Positions 49,404-57,638 of a stretch of DNA of 64,000 bases are shown here, piece by piece; the first letter of the stretch is position 1, and every line of letters starts with the position of its first letter. The position numbers and the translations under genes are program-made. The stretch covers positions 35,533-99,532 of the forward strand of contig JAYKHY010000003.1 in assembly GCA_035285025.1 (NCBI GenBank), in the 5' to 3' direction. The notes under the pieces were generated by a model, which was given only the letters and a program-made list of their open reading frames with translations, was not told the origin of the DNA and ran no database searches. The stretch comes from Vampirovibrionales bacterium. Lineage in GTDB: Bacteria > Cyanobacteriota > Vampirovibrionia > Vampirovibrionales > JAJTHC01.

Positions 49404-50261
49404 TTAAAGAGGTTTTTTTGCTGGGATGCCGGGTTTTCTCGGGTAAATTTTTGGCGTATTGGCCAGCTTCTGGATGCACAGCACAACGCTCTTCGAATCA
49501 AGAACGGGTATAGTGTGCGTTTCGCGGTGCTTAACCTTGCAATTTAATTCGGCCAGGGCCGTTTGGGCCTGCTCAAGCTCTTGCTGAACGCCCGGCCCTT
49601 TTAAAAACAATGCGCACCCCCCCGGCTTTAACAGGGGCGTTGCAAGCTCTAGCAGTACCGGCAGGCTGGCCACTGCACGCGCGGTCACCACGTCGTACTG
49701 CTCGCGCATGCCCGCGTCCCGGCCAGCGTCTTCGGCGCGCATGGCAAACACTTGCACCGGCACCCCCAGCGCAGCCGCAGAGGTTTGTAAAAACGTGGCT
49801 TTTTTTTGCGTGCTTTCAATCGAATGCCAATGCAGGGGCGCCGAAACCTGCGCAAGCGGGAACAGCGGCACGCCACCACCCGAGCCTAAATCTAGCGCCA
49901 AACCTGCTTTAGGTAATTTAGGGTAAAGCAGCAACGCGTCCAGCATGTGCTTAAACCAGAATTCTTCGGGCGAAGTCAGCCGCGTCAGGTTCATTTGCGC
50001 GTTACCCGCCTCGAGCAATTGATAATACAGCTCAAAAGCGTCCAGCATTGTCTGTTGCGGCGCAATACCCATGGCGTTTACGGTTTTAAGCCACAGTTGC
50101 GCCTGAGCCTCATCGAGGCCCCTTAGGCTTTTCGGGCTGATGCCAGGATCGAAAGTTGTCATATTGAACGTACTTGCCTTGTAATCCGGTAGTGCCTGCG
50201 CTAAAACAGACATATTCATCGCCATGATATATACCGCTTGTTTGCGACAAGTATACTGCAC
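49404..50261 (-). CDS. rsmG: 16S rRNA m7G527 methyltransferase (true start probably further downstream)
   Basis: Motifs MNLT…KHMLD, LDLGSGGG.P, IES..KK..FL, RAE, YDVVTARAVA and YPRKPGIP.KKPL. Confidence 0.96.
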   Translation of the reverse strand: MQYTCRKQAVYIMAMNMSVLAQALPDYKASTFNMTTFDPGISPKSLRGLDEAQAQLWLKTVNAMGIAPQQTMLDAFELYYQLLEAGNAQMNLTRLTSPEEFWFKHMLDALLLYPKLPKAGLALDLGSGGGVPLFPLAQVSAPLHWHSIESTQKKATFLQTSAAALGVPVQVFAMRAEDAGRDAGMREQYDVVTARAVASLPVLLELATPLLKPGGCALFLKGPGVQQELEQAQTALAELNCKVKHRETHTIPVLDSKSVVLCIQKLANTPKIYPRKPGIPAKKPL

Positions 50262-50328
50262 ACGCGTTTAACTTTTTAAATGAATTGAAAATCGAATTAT
50301 CTGACGCTGATTCTGGAGTCTTGCACGG

Positions 50329-51132
50329 ATGAGTACCAGTTACCCTGTGAACCCCAACCCGACGCTGATTTCGACGGGCACGCTGGGCAATACTGAACGC
50401 ACGGACGCCTGGTGGCTAGAGCCCACACTGGTGGTGCTGGCGTTAATTGTTTTCGGGATTTACGGCATGTGGGCGGGCCTGCAAGGGGTCAATTTTCAGG
50501 TGCTGACGCCCAGCGGCCACGAGCTGTATTTATCGCCGTTTTATTCGCCGCTGCTGGTTCAGAATTTTCCGGTTTCGCCCGCGATTTTGGTGATGTGGAT
50601 TCCGCTCGGCTTTAGGGCGACGTGTTATTTTTACCGCCGGTGCTACCACCGCGCGTTTTTTATGAATCCGCCCAGCTGTGCGGTAACGGGGATGTGCACC
50701 AAGAAACCCGGCCAAGAGAGCGGCTACACGGGCGAGCAAAAGTTTCCGTTTATTTTAAATAACCTGCACCGGTATTTTTTATACCTTGCGATTATTCTTA
50801 CCGCGTTCCACTGGTACCATACGGTTAACGCGTTTAGTCATCTGCCCGAAGTTGGCTTGCGTGCGGGCATGGTGGTGTTTTTAATCGACGCGATTTTCTT
50901 GAGCCTGTACGTGTTTTCGTGCCACTCGTGGCGGCACTGGCTGGGCGGTAAGCTCGATAAATTCACGGCCAACGCCTTTAGCAAGTTGCGCTACGCGGGC
51001 TGGTTGCGCGTGAGTCATCTCAACGAGAATCACGGGCTGTGGGCGTGGATTAGTTTGTTTACCGTAGGGTTTGCTGATTTTTACGTGCGCATGGTGGCCA
51101 GCGGCGCGTGGCAGGATATCAAGTTGTTTTAG
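50329..51132 (+). CDS. sdhC: Succinate dehydrogenase membrane anchor (Rv0249c/Sdh1-type)
   Basis: Motifs RTD.WW, YLSPFYSP, FRATCY.YR..Y.RAF…PP.CAV, N.HRYF, SCHS.RH..GG and LN..H..WAW.SL. Upstream of sdhA/B. Confidence 0.85.
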   Translation: MSTSYPVNPNPTLISTGTLGNTERTDAWWLEPTLVVLALIVFGIYGMWAGLQGVNFQVLTPSGHELYLSPFYSPLLVQNFPVSPAILVMWIPLGFRATCYFYRRCYHRAFFMNPPSCAVTGMCTKKPGQESGYTGEQKFPFILNNLHRYFLYLAIILTAFHWYHTVNAFSHLPEVGLRAGMVVFLIDAIFLSLYVFSCHSWRHWLGGKLDKFTANAFSKLRYAGWLRVSHLNENHGLWAWISLFTVGFADFYVRMVASGAWQDIKLF

Positions 51133-51177
51133 AAGATATTTTGTAAGCACTAAACTTAAAATAGGTTTTATTCATCA

Positions 51178-51711
51178 ATGATTCAATCTTTATTGTTTGG
51201 TCAGCGTAGCCCTGCTGCCAGAAACAAGCCTATTAAGATCGGGAAAGAAGCGCTGAGCGGATCAAGAGCCAATCAGCTAATTAACTTACCGCCTGAAAGT
51301 GTCCAGTTCTTGCTCAAACAAGCCGAATCGCAGAAAGCCGAAATTACGCGAGAAACGTTGGGAAACCAAATTGTAAGCGCGCTTCAGCTTTTTTTAAACC
51401 GACAGCAGACACAAAAGATTCTGAGTTTCCGCTTGAATGAAACGTTAAAGGAAGATTTAGAACAGGCTTCTGACAAAGCTGGAAGGAGCTTTGCGGAGAT
51501 TTTAACTCCAATTTTGTACAAAGGGCTGGATAACATTCCGGTCAATCAAACTATTCGTGTGCCCATTAGTCTGCCTAAGGCGCTGGTTCCCGAGCTTGCT
51601 AGAATCACGGAAATCAAACAAATGGCCTCTATTCGCCAACTCATTCATTTTGCTTTAAAGCATCAGCAAAAAACCTTAGAAAACGCCTCTGTTCGGATGC
51701 CTAACCCATGA
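51178..51711 (+). CDS. Hypothetical protein with tandem ribbon-helix-helix-like repeats
   Basis: Segments ILSFRLNETLKEDLEQASDKAGRSFAEIL and VPISLPKALVPELARI…SIRQLIHFAL. ATGA overlap with sdhA. Confidence 0.7.
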   Translation: MIQSLLFGQRSPAARNKPIKIGKEALSGSRANQLINLPPESVQFLLKQAESQKAEITRETLGNQIVSALQLFLNRQQTQKILSFRLNETLKEDLEQASDKAGRSFAEILTPILYKGLDNIPVNQTIRVPISLPKALVPELARITEIKQMASIRQLIHFALKHQQKTLENASVRMPNP

Positions 51712-53465
51712 CCCTTAACTTTGAAACTCAAACCCACGACGTGCTGATTATCGGTGCCGGCGGTGCAGGCTTGCGCGCCGCGATTGAAGCCTCGGCGCAA
51801 GGCGGCCCCGATTTTAAAGTCGGCCTTGTCTGCAAATCGCTGCTGGGTAAAGCGCACACTGTAATGGCCGAAGGCGGCGCTGCCGCGGCCATGGGCAATG
51901 TAGACAGCGAAGACGGCTGGCGGACGCACTTTAAAGACACCATGCACGGCGGTAAATTTGTAAACCAGTGGCGCATGGCGCAACTGCACGCGCAAGAAGC
52001 GCCCGACAGAATCCGCGAGCTTGAGCGCTGGGGTGCCGTGTTTGATCGCACCGCCGATGGCAAGATTATTCAGCGCCCGTTTGGCGGGCACACGTACCGT
52101 CGCTTGTGCCATGTGGGCGACCGCACCGGCCTGGAGTTGATTCGGACCCTGCAAGACAAGGGCGTCCACAGCGGCATTGATGTGTTTATGGAATGCACCA
52201 TTACGCATCTGTTTCGGGATGGGCACCGCATTAGCGCCGCGCTGGGCTACTGGCGCGAAACCGGCAAACTGGTACTGTTTAAAGCCAAAGCCATTGTGCT
52301 GGCTACGGGCGGTATTGGCAAAGCCTACAAAATTACCAGCAACAGCTGGGAGTACACCGCCGATGGCCATGCGATGGCCTTAAAAGTGGGTGCGGAACTC
52401 ATCGACATGGAATTTATCCAGTTTCACCCCACCGGCATGGTCTGGCCGCCGGGCGTGCAGGGGATTCTGGTGACCGAGGCCGTGCGCGGCGAAGGCGGCT
52501 TGCTCACGAATAGCGAGGGTAAGCGCTTTATGGAAAATTACGACCCCAAGCGCATGGAACTTTCGACGCGCGACGTGGTTGCCAAAGCCATTAACAGCGA
52601 GGTCAAAGCCGGACGTGGCAGCCCGCACGGCGGCGTGTTTTTAGACATTTCGCACCGGGGCGCAGAATACATCAAGAAAAAACTCCCCAGCATGTACCAC
52701 CAGTTTAAAGAGCTGGCGGATGTGGATATTACGACCGGCCCGATGGAAGTAGGCCCGACGACGCACTACACGATGGGCGGGATTCGTGTGCACCACGAAA
52801 CGCAGGAATGCACCACGGTGCACGGCCTGTTTGCCTGCGGCGAAGTGGGCGGCGGCTTGCATGGCGGCAACCGTTTGGGTGGAAACTCGCTAAGTGATTT
52901 GCTGGTGTTTGGCCGACGGGCCGGGTTATACGCTGCCGATTTTGCCAAGAAAAACCCGCTCCCGCTGCTTGATGAAGCGTTGGTTAAAGCCGCTGTTGCC
53001 GAATTGGCCGCACCGTTTGAGCGCCAAACTGGCGAAAACCCGTTTGCGATTCACGCTGACTTACAGGTGATGATGCAAGCGAAGGTCGGTATTGTGCGAC
53101 GCCCGGAAGAACTGGAAGAAGCCATTGCTGACTTGCAGGCCCTGAAAAAACGGGCCGAAAATTGCATGGTACTCGGCTCCATTCAATTTAATCCCGGCTG
53201 GCACATGGCCATGGACTTGCAGTCGATGATCTGGATTAGCGAGTGCGTTGCGCGGTGCGCCCTGCAACGCAAAGAGAGCCGTGGCGGCCACACGCGGGAA
53301 GATTATCCGGGTTACGATCCGGTGTGGGGCAAGCAGAACAGCCTGGTGAAGCTGAATAGTCTGGATGACCCGACGTTGAACGTGGGCGTGATTGAAACGC
53401 CGCAGTTGCCCGATGATCTCAAGGCGTTGTTTGACCCCGGCGAAGTCGAAAAATACCGGGGGTAG
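51708..53465 (+). CDS. sdhA: Succinate dehydrogenase/fumarate reductase flavoprotein
   Basis: Motifs IGAGGAGLRAA, AHTVMAEGG, QFHPTG, TEAVRGEGG, HYTMGG, HGGNRLGGNSL and ESRGGH. Confidence 0.97.
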   Translation: MTLNFETQTHDVLIIGAGGAGLRAAIEASAQGGPDFKVGLVCKSLLGKAHTVMAEGGAAAAMGNVDSEDGWRTHFKDTMHGGKFVNQWRMAQLHAQEAPDRIRELERWGAVFDRTADGKIIQRPFGGHTYRRLCHVGDRTGLELIRTLQDKGVHSGIDVFMECTITHLFRDGHRISAALGYWRETGKLVLFKAKAIVLATGGIGKAYKITSNSWEYTADGHAMALKVGAELIDMEFIQFHPTGMVWPPGVQGILVTEAVRGEGGLLTNSEGKRFMENYDPKRMELSTRDVVAKAINSEVKAGRGSPHGGVFLDISHRGAEYIKKKLPSMYHQFKELADVDITTGPMEVGPTTHYTMGGIRVHHETQECTTVHGLFACGEVGGGLHGGNRLGGNSLSDLLVFGRRAGLYAADFAKKNPLPLLDEALVKAAVAELAAPFERQTGENPFAIHADLQVMMQAKVGIVRRPEELEEAIADLQALKKRAENCMVLGSIQFNPGWHMAMDLQSMIWISECVARCALQRKESRGGHTREDYPGYDPVWGKQNSLVKLNSLDDPTLNVGVIETPQLPDDLKALFDPGEVEKYRG

Positions 53466-53470
53466 AAGAG

Positions 53471-53971
53471 ATGAGCCTTAGCTCTGATGAAAAATTCGAA
53501 ATTGAAATAGAAGAAAAATTTTCGCATCTACTTATAAAAATATCAGCATTTTTCATTGTCATTTTATTTGCAGGATTTCAGGTTGACTTTTTTTCAAATA
53601 AACTTGACTATTACTATCTGCCTATCGTTTTTTTCTGCTTGTGTATATTCTCGTTATTTTTAATTAGATTTCTTATCTTATCTGCTAAAAATAGGCGCTA
53701 TATTAATTCTGTACCTTCTTTACTGTTTTTAGTAGGAATCGGCTCATCGGTTTTTCTTTTCATTAATACTACTGACTTTCAAAGAAGCAAAGGATTGGAT
53801 GGATTCTCTATCTATTCACCTGATGATCCTGATTTTGAGGGAATTTCTGCAAAGTCTATTTCGATTGAGCAGGACATGACTACAATTGCGGATAAACTAG
53901 AGAGCATTGCTGACAGCTATACTTCAGTCGAGCAGAATCTATATGAAATTAATAATAAACTCGGCTATTAA
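53471..53971 (+). CDS. AT-rich orphan membrane protein (about 3 TM plus coiled-coil tail)
   Basis: 166-aa ORF starting 5 bp after the sdhA stop, with three hydrophobic segments. Confidence 0.75.
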   Translation: MSLSSDEKFEIEIEEKFSHLLIKISAFFIVILFAGFQVDFFSNKLDYYYLPIVFFCLCIFSLFLIRFLILSAKNRRYINSVPSLLFLVGIGSSVFLFINTTDFQRSKGLDGFSIYSPDDPDFEGISAKSISIEQDMTTIADKLESIADSYTSVEQNLYEINNKLGY

Positions 53972-53998
53972 ATAAGAATGTCAAAAAAGGTTTTTAAA

Positions 53999-54031
53999 TT
54001 ATGACTCAAACTGCGACATTCAAGGTTCTTC
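53999..54031 (+). repeat. Copy of the sdhB 5' end
   Basis: TTATGACTCAAACTGCGACATTCAAGGTTCTTC vs TTATGACTCAAACTGCAACATTCAAGGTTTTTC at 55144-55176 (31/33 identical). Confidence 0.95.
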
Positions 54032-54037
54032 CTGATA

Positions 54038-54074
54038 TGTTTGAATCCGGCGAAGTCGAAAAATACCGGGGTAG
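54038..54074 (+). repeat. Copy of the sdhA 3' end
   Basis: TGTTTGAATCCGGCGAAGTCGAAAAATACCGGGGTAG vs TGTTTGACCCCGGCGAAGTCGAAAAATACCGGGGGTAG at 53428-53465 (2 substitutions, 1 deletion). Confidence 0.95.
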
Positions 54075-54104
54075 TTCACTCAAGTTCTTCCAGGAGTTTC
54101 AAAA

Positions 54105-54611
54105 ATGTTATCATCAGCATCATTGCGATTAAAAACGGTCGGCTTTAGTGCTGCAAATAGACCTACCCCCCCCATTCTGAACCATAAGCCGCAAAGACAA
54201 ATGTTTGCATTGATTCCACTGAGTGAAGTTAATGCTACGCAAAGGCCTTGCTATCAAAATTTAGCGTCACACGCACCAGAAGAGACCTTCCCTGAAGCGC
54301 AAAGAGATTTTCACCAAGCGGAGAATACCATTGGCGGGTATGTTATCAGCCAAAAACCTAACTGGTGGCAAGATAGACCTCCTGCCCATGTTAAAGCAAC
54401 CATTGATGGTCCATTCTGCTATATCAACGGATCTCGTTCTTATTTAAGGTATTGTCACTACGCCCAGCCCGGCCAAAAAGGCATCGCCTATAATTCTTCT
54501 GGCGCTAAAGTCGGCGAAGGTGTTTTTGAAGTAAATTCTGATCCCAAAACACGCCGTTATCAACCGTTCACGTTTAAAATTCTTGAAGATCTTGTTAAAA
54601 ATCTTGTTTAG
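54105..54611 (+). CDS. Orphan hypothetical protein with acid-free N-terminal leader
   Basis: 168-aa ORF with CAGGAG RBS. Confidence 0.78.
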   Translation: MLSSASLRLKTVGFSAANRPTPPILNHKPQRQMFALIPLSEVNATQRPCYQNLASHAPEETFPEAQRDFHQAENTIGGYVISQKPNWWQDRPPAHVKATIDGPFCYINGSRSYLRYCHYAQPGQKGIAYNSSGAKVGEGVFEVNSDPKTRRYQPFTFKILEDLVKNLV

Positions 54612-54628
54612 CTTTAAAGGCTTAACCC

Positions 54629-54646
54629 ATGACTCAGACTGCGACA
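54629..54646 (+). repeat. Second, shorter copy of the sdhB 5' end
   Basis: ATGACTCAGACTGCGACA (MTQTAT), 16/18 identical to the sdhB start. AAGGCTTA lies just upstream, as it does upstream of sdhB. Confidence 0.85.
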
Positions 54647-54653
54647 GTCTAGG

Positions 54654-55049
54654 CTATTTTGGCTTAATAAATTTTGTTGCAGGCTGTTGGATGGTTTCTA
54701 TTGGAAAATTATCAATCTGCCGACCTTTGTATATCGTTGATTTTCCGTATGTCTCACTCCATTCGGTGACAGGCTTTTCTCGCTTGTAAAATGTTTTGGT
54801 AACCCCTTCTAAGCCAAATTGGTATTTAAGATTAGTTTCGCCACCATTAATGCTTACGCCAAAAGAACTCAAAGGCTCTGAACCATATCCTGTTCCTCGA
54901 CTAGATCCTACCCATTCTGGCCCCAATGAATTGTGATCTAACAAATAATATTTTTCATTTTTCTTTTGCAAGATATCTAAATGTCCATTATCTCGATTCC
55001 GTCTCAGGAAAATACCCGGCGTTATCGTTTTCAAAAGCTCATCACCCAT
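54654..55049 (-). CDS. AT-rich orphan hypothetical protein, antisense within the sdh operon
   Basis: 131-aa ORF with a GGGGG RBS-like tract. Confidence 0.7.
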   Translation of the reverse strand: MGDELLKTITPGIFLRRNRDNGHLDILQKKNEKYYLLDHNSLGPEWVGSSRGTGYGSEPLSSFGVSINGGETNLKYQFGLEGVTKTFYKREKPVTEWSETYGKSTIYKGRQIDNFPIETIQQPATKFIKPK

Positions 55050-55145
55050 AAAATACCCCCAGTTAGGCTAAAAAACACTAGTATTATTAATAAAACAATT
55101 ATTTATGTTTTTGTGCTATTTAGTTGACTTAAGGCTTATGCTGTT

Positions 55146-55919
55146 ATGACTCAAACTGCAACATTCAAGGTTTTTCGTGGCGAAGCTAGCGAAAACGCAA
55201 CGCCTAACGCGTTTATTTCCGCCGACAACCACAAAACCTACAGCGTCGATGTGACGCCGGGGATGGTGGTGCTGGATGCGATTCATGCGATTCAGCGCAC
55301 CCAGGCGCCGGATTTAGCCGTACGCTGGAACTGCAAAGCCGCCAAATGCGGCTCTTGCGCCGCCGAAGTCAACGGCAAACCGCGTTTAATGTGCAAAACA
55401 CGCCTTGATGATATCGATCTGAGCCAACCCGTCGTCGTCACGCCGATGAAGGCGTTCCCGCTGATTCGGGATCTGGTGACCGATGTAAGCTGGAACTACG
55501 AGGTCAACAAGACGATTCAGCCGTTTACGCCCGCCAACGAGGACACCGAGAGCTGGCGCTACTATCAGGAAGATGCCGACCGCGTCCAGGAATTCCGTAA
55601 ATGCATTGAGTGCTTTATGTGCCAGGATGTGTGCCACGTGCTGCGCAACAACCAAAAGCACGCGCAATACGCAGGCCCGCGCTGGTTTGTACGCCTTGCA
55701 AGCCTAGAGATGCACCCGATGGACGTTGCAGACCGTATGCAGTACGTCAAAGATCAGGCCGGCATTGGGCTGTGCAACATCACCAAATGTTGCACCGAAG
55801 TTTGCCCCGAAGAGATTCATATTACGGATAACGCCATTATTCCGCTCAAGGAGCGCGTCGTGGATCGGTTCTACGATCCCGTGCAGTGGCTGTTCAGAAA
55901 ATTCGCGGGCCAAGCGTAA
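55146..55919 (+). CDS. sdhB: Succinate dehydrogenase iron-sulfur subunit
   Basis: Motifs CKAAKCGSC…C, FPLIRDLVTD, CIECFMCQDVC and CNITKCCTEVCP. Confidence 0.97.
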   Translation: MTQTATFKVFRGEASENATPNAFISADNHKTYSVDVTPGMVVLDAIHAIQRTQAPDLAVRWNCKAAKCGSCAAEVNGKPRLMCKTRLDDIDLSQPVVVTPMKAFPLIRDLVTDVSWNYEVNKTIQPFTPANEDTESWRYYQEDADRVQEFRKCIECFMCQDVCHVLRNNQKHAQYAGPRWFVRLASLEMHPMDVADRMQYVKDQAGIGLCNITKCCTEVCPEEIHITDNAIIPLKERVVDRFYDPVQWLFRKFAGQA

Positions 55920-56043
55920 AGCTGACGCTTGCTGGTTTCAAAATTCATCTAATTTAGCGCTTTTTACAGCAATTTTAGCGGTATCAAGCGCTATTTTATA
56001 TGGATTTTATCTGACTTAATCGCTTGCAAAATGAGCCGCGGGG

Positions 56044-57636
56044 TTAAAGCGCTGCGCTAGCGGCCTTAAACTGTACCCAGGCTTGCTCTAAGCCCACACG
56101 CTCATCAATCACTTTAAGCTGCGCCTCTAGCGCTGCACGCTCACGTTGATTAAGCAGAAACAGGGTACTATCGCCTAGATCAAAGCGCGTGCGTTCGCCA
56201 TCCTGGAGCGTTTCGGCCAATGCAGCCTCGTTTTGTGCTGCACCAAGTTGCATCTGCGCAGCCTGAATTGCGGACACGGCGTCGTCAACTTCGATCAGAA
56301 TTTTTTGCAGCAGCAGCCGCTGACTTAGATCCAGCTTTTGCAGCTTAAACCGGGCCGCCTGAATTTGCCCGCTGGCGGTGCGCTGGCGTAACGGAACGAT
56401 CAGCTGAACACCTGTTTTGACGGTAAAACCAATCGAATTCTCGCCGGTATCCATGCCCGGAACAATGTAAGCATCTAAAACAGGCAGGCGTTGCGTATCG
56501 GCCAGTTTTTTATCGAGCGTGATAATTTTCTGCTCCAGGTTCAGGCTACGGATCTCGGGGCGCTGTTTTATCGCCGAAAGACGCGCATCGGCATATAGCT
56601 CTGGTATAAGTGACTCGGCACTCGTAAATTTTTCGGGCAGGCGTGCTTCTGGCACATAGGCATCTGGTGTGCCATCGGGCTGCCATAAGTATTGGGCCAA
56701 CTTAAACGTAGCTTTTTCAAGCTCACGTTGCGCCTTGGCCAATTGTCCCTGACGACGGAAAATCTCTTGCTCAGCTTCCGAGATATCAATGGCGGGCAGC
56801 TCGCCGGCCTCGGATCGGGTTTTAACCGCCTTGACCCTAAATTGCGCCACGGCCAGCATTTTTTGGGTGGCAATGCGCTTTTGCCCCGCGCCCACCCACT
56901 GCCAATACGCCTCGGCGGCGGCTTTTAGAACGTCGAGTCGTGTTACGCCCAGTTCGGCATCGGCCTTAGGGATGCCAAGCTCGGCTTGCTGCAAGGCCAC
57001 AGATTTTTCGTTAATGATTAGCCCGCGCAACAGAGGCATTTTAAGCCCCATAAAATATTCGCCGCCGGTACCGGTGGGGTAGAGGGGCGGCTTAACATCA
57101 CCGGTATTAAAACGGTAGCCGGATTCAAGCTTAATGCCCGTGTTGTTGGTATAACTTAGCACCGCTTCGTTATCCCAAGTTTCGCTAACTTTACCCTTAT
57201 CGATAAAGTCGTTGTAGCGCAAAAACTCGCTATCGCCACGAATGACCGGATCAAACGCGCCCTGTTTTTCGAGCGCTTTAGCGGCCGCGATATTACGCTC
57301 TAACGTGGCCCCCAATAACTTGGGATGATACGTGCGCACGCGCGTCAAGACATCGTTTAGCTGTAAGGGTTCAAGCGCAACCGGTAAATTAGCAGAAGCT
57401 TGATTTTTAGTGCCAGAATTCTCCGATTGCGTTTGCGCCTGGACTTTTGTTTGCACTTGAGCTTGATTGCTTGGCGGCGAAGCGGCCCACGCGGTGTAAC
57501 TCAGGCCAAAACCAAGCGCCAGCGCGCACAGCGTTGCGCGCATGGGCCAATAGGCAGGCGTTTTGGTAACCGATAAGCGTTTAACCATCATTAATGCGTG
57601 TCGGGATTCAGGATAAAAAACTATGCACCTATACAA
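56044..57636 (-). CDS. TolC-family outer membrane protein
   Basis: Signal peptide, GAFDP, PLLRG, and GERTRFDLGDSTLFLLN.RE. Confidence 0.9.
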   Translation of the reverse strand: MYRCIVFYPESRHALMMVKRLSVTKTPAYWPMRATLCALALGFGLSYTAWAASPPSNQAQVQTKVQAQTQSENSGTKNQASANLPVALEPLQLNDVLTRVRTYHPKLLGATLERNIAAAKALEKQGAFDPVIRGDSEFLRYNDFIDKGKVSETWDNEAVLSYTNNTGIKLESGYRFNTGDVKPPLYPTGTGGEYFMGLKMPLLRGLIINEKSVALQQAELGIPKADAELGVTRLDVLKAAAEAYWQWVGAGQKRIATQKMLAVAQFRVKAVKTRSEAGELPAIDISEAEQEIFRRQGQLAKAQRELEKATFKLAQYLWQPDGTPDAYVPEARLPEKFTSAESLIPELYADARLSAIKQRPEIRSLNLEQKIITLDKKLADTQRLPVLDAYIVPGMDTGENSIGFTVKTGVQLIVPLRQRTASGQIQAARFKLQKLDLSQRLLLQKILIEVDDAVSAIQAAQMQLGAAQNEAALAETLQDGERTRFDLGDSTLFLLNQRERAALEAQLKVIDERVGLEQAWVQFKAASAAL

Positions 57637-57638
57637 AA

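Noticed and set aside
55008-55060. GAAAATACCCGG / AAAATACCCCC as further sdhA-end copies near ORF3
   Set aside because: Matches are too short and one lies inside ORF3. Likely chance.
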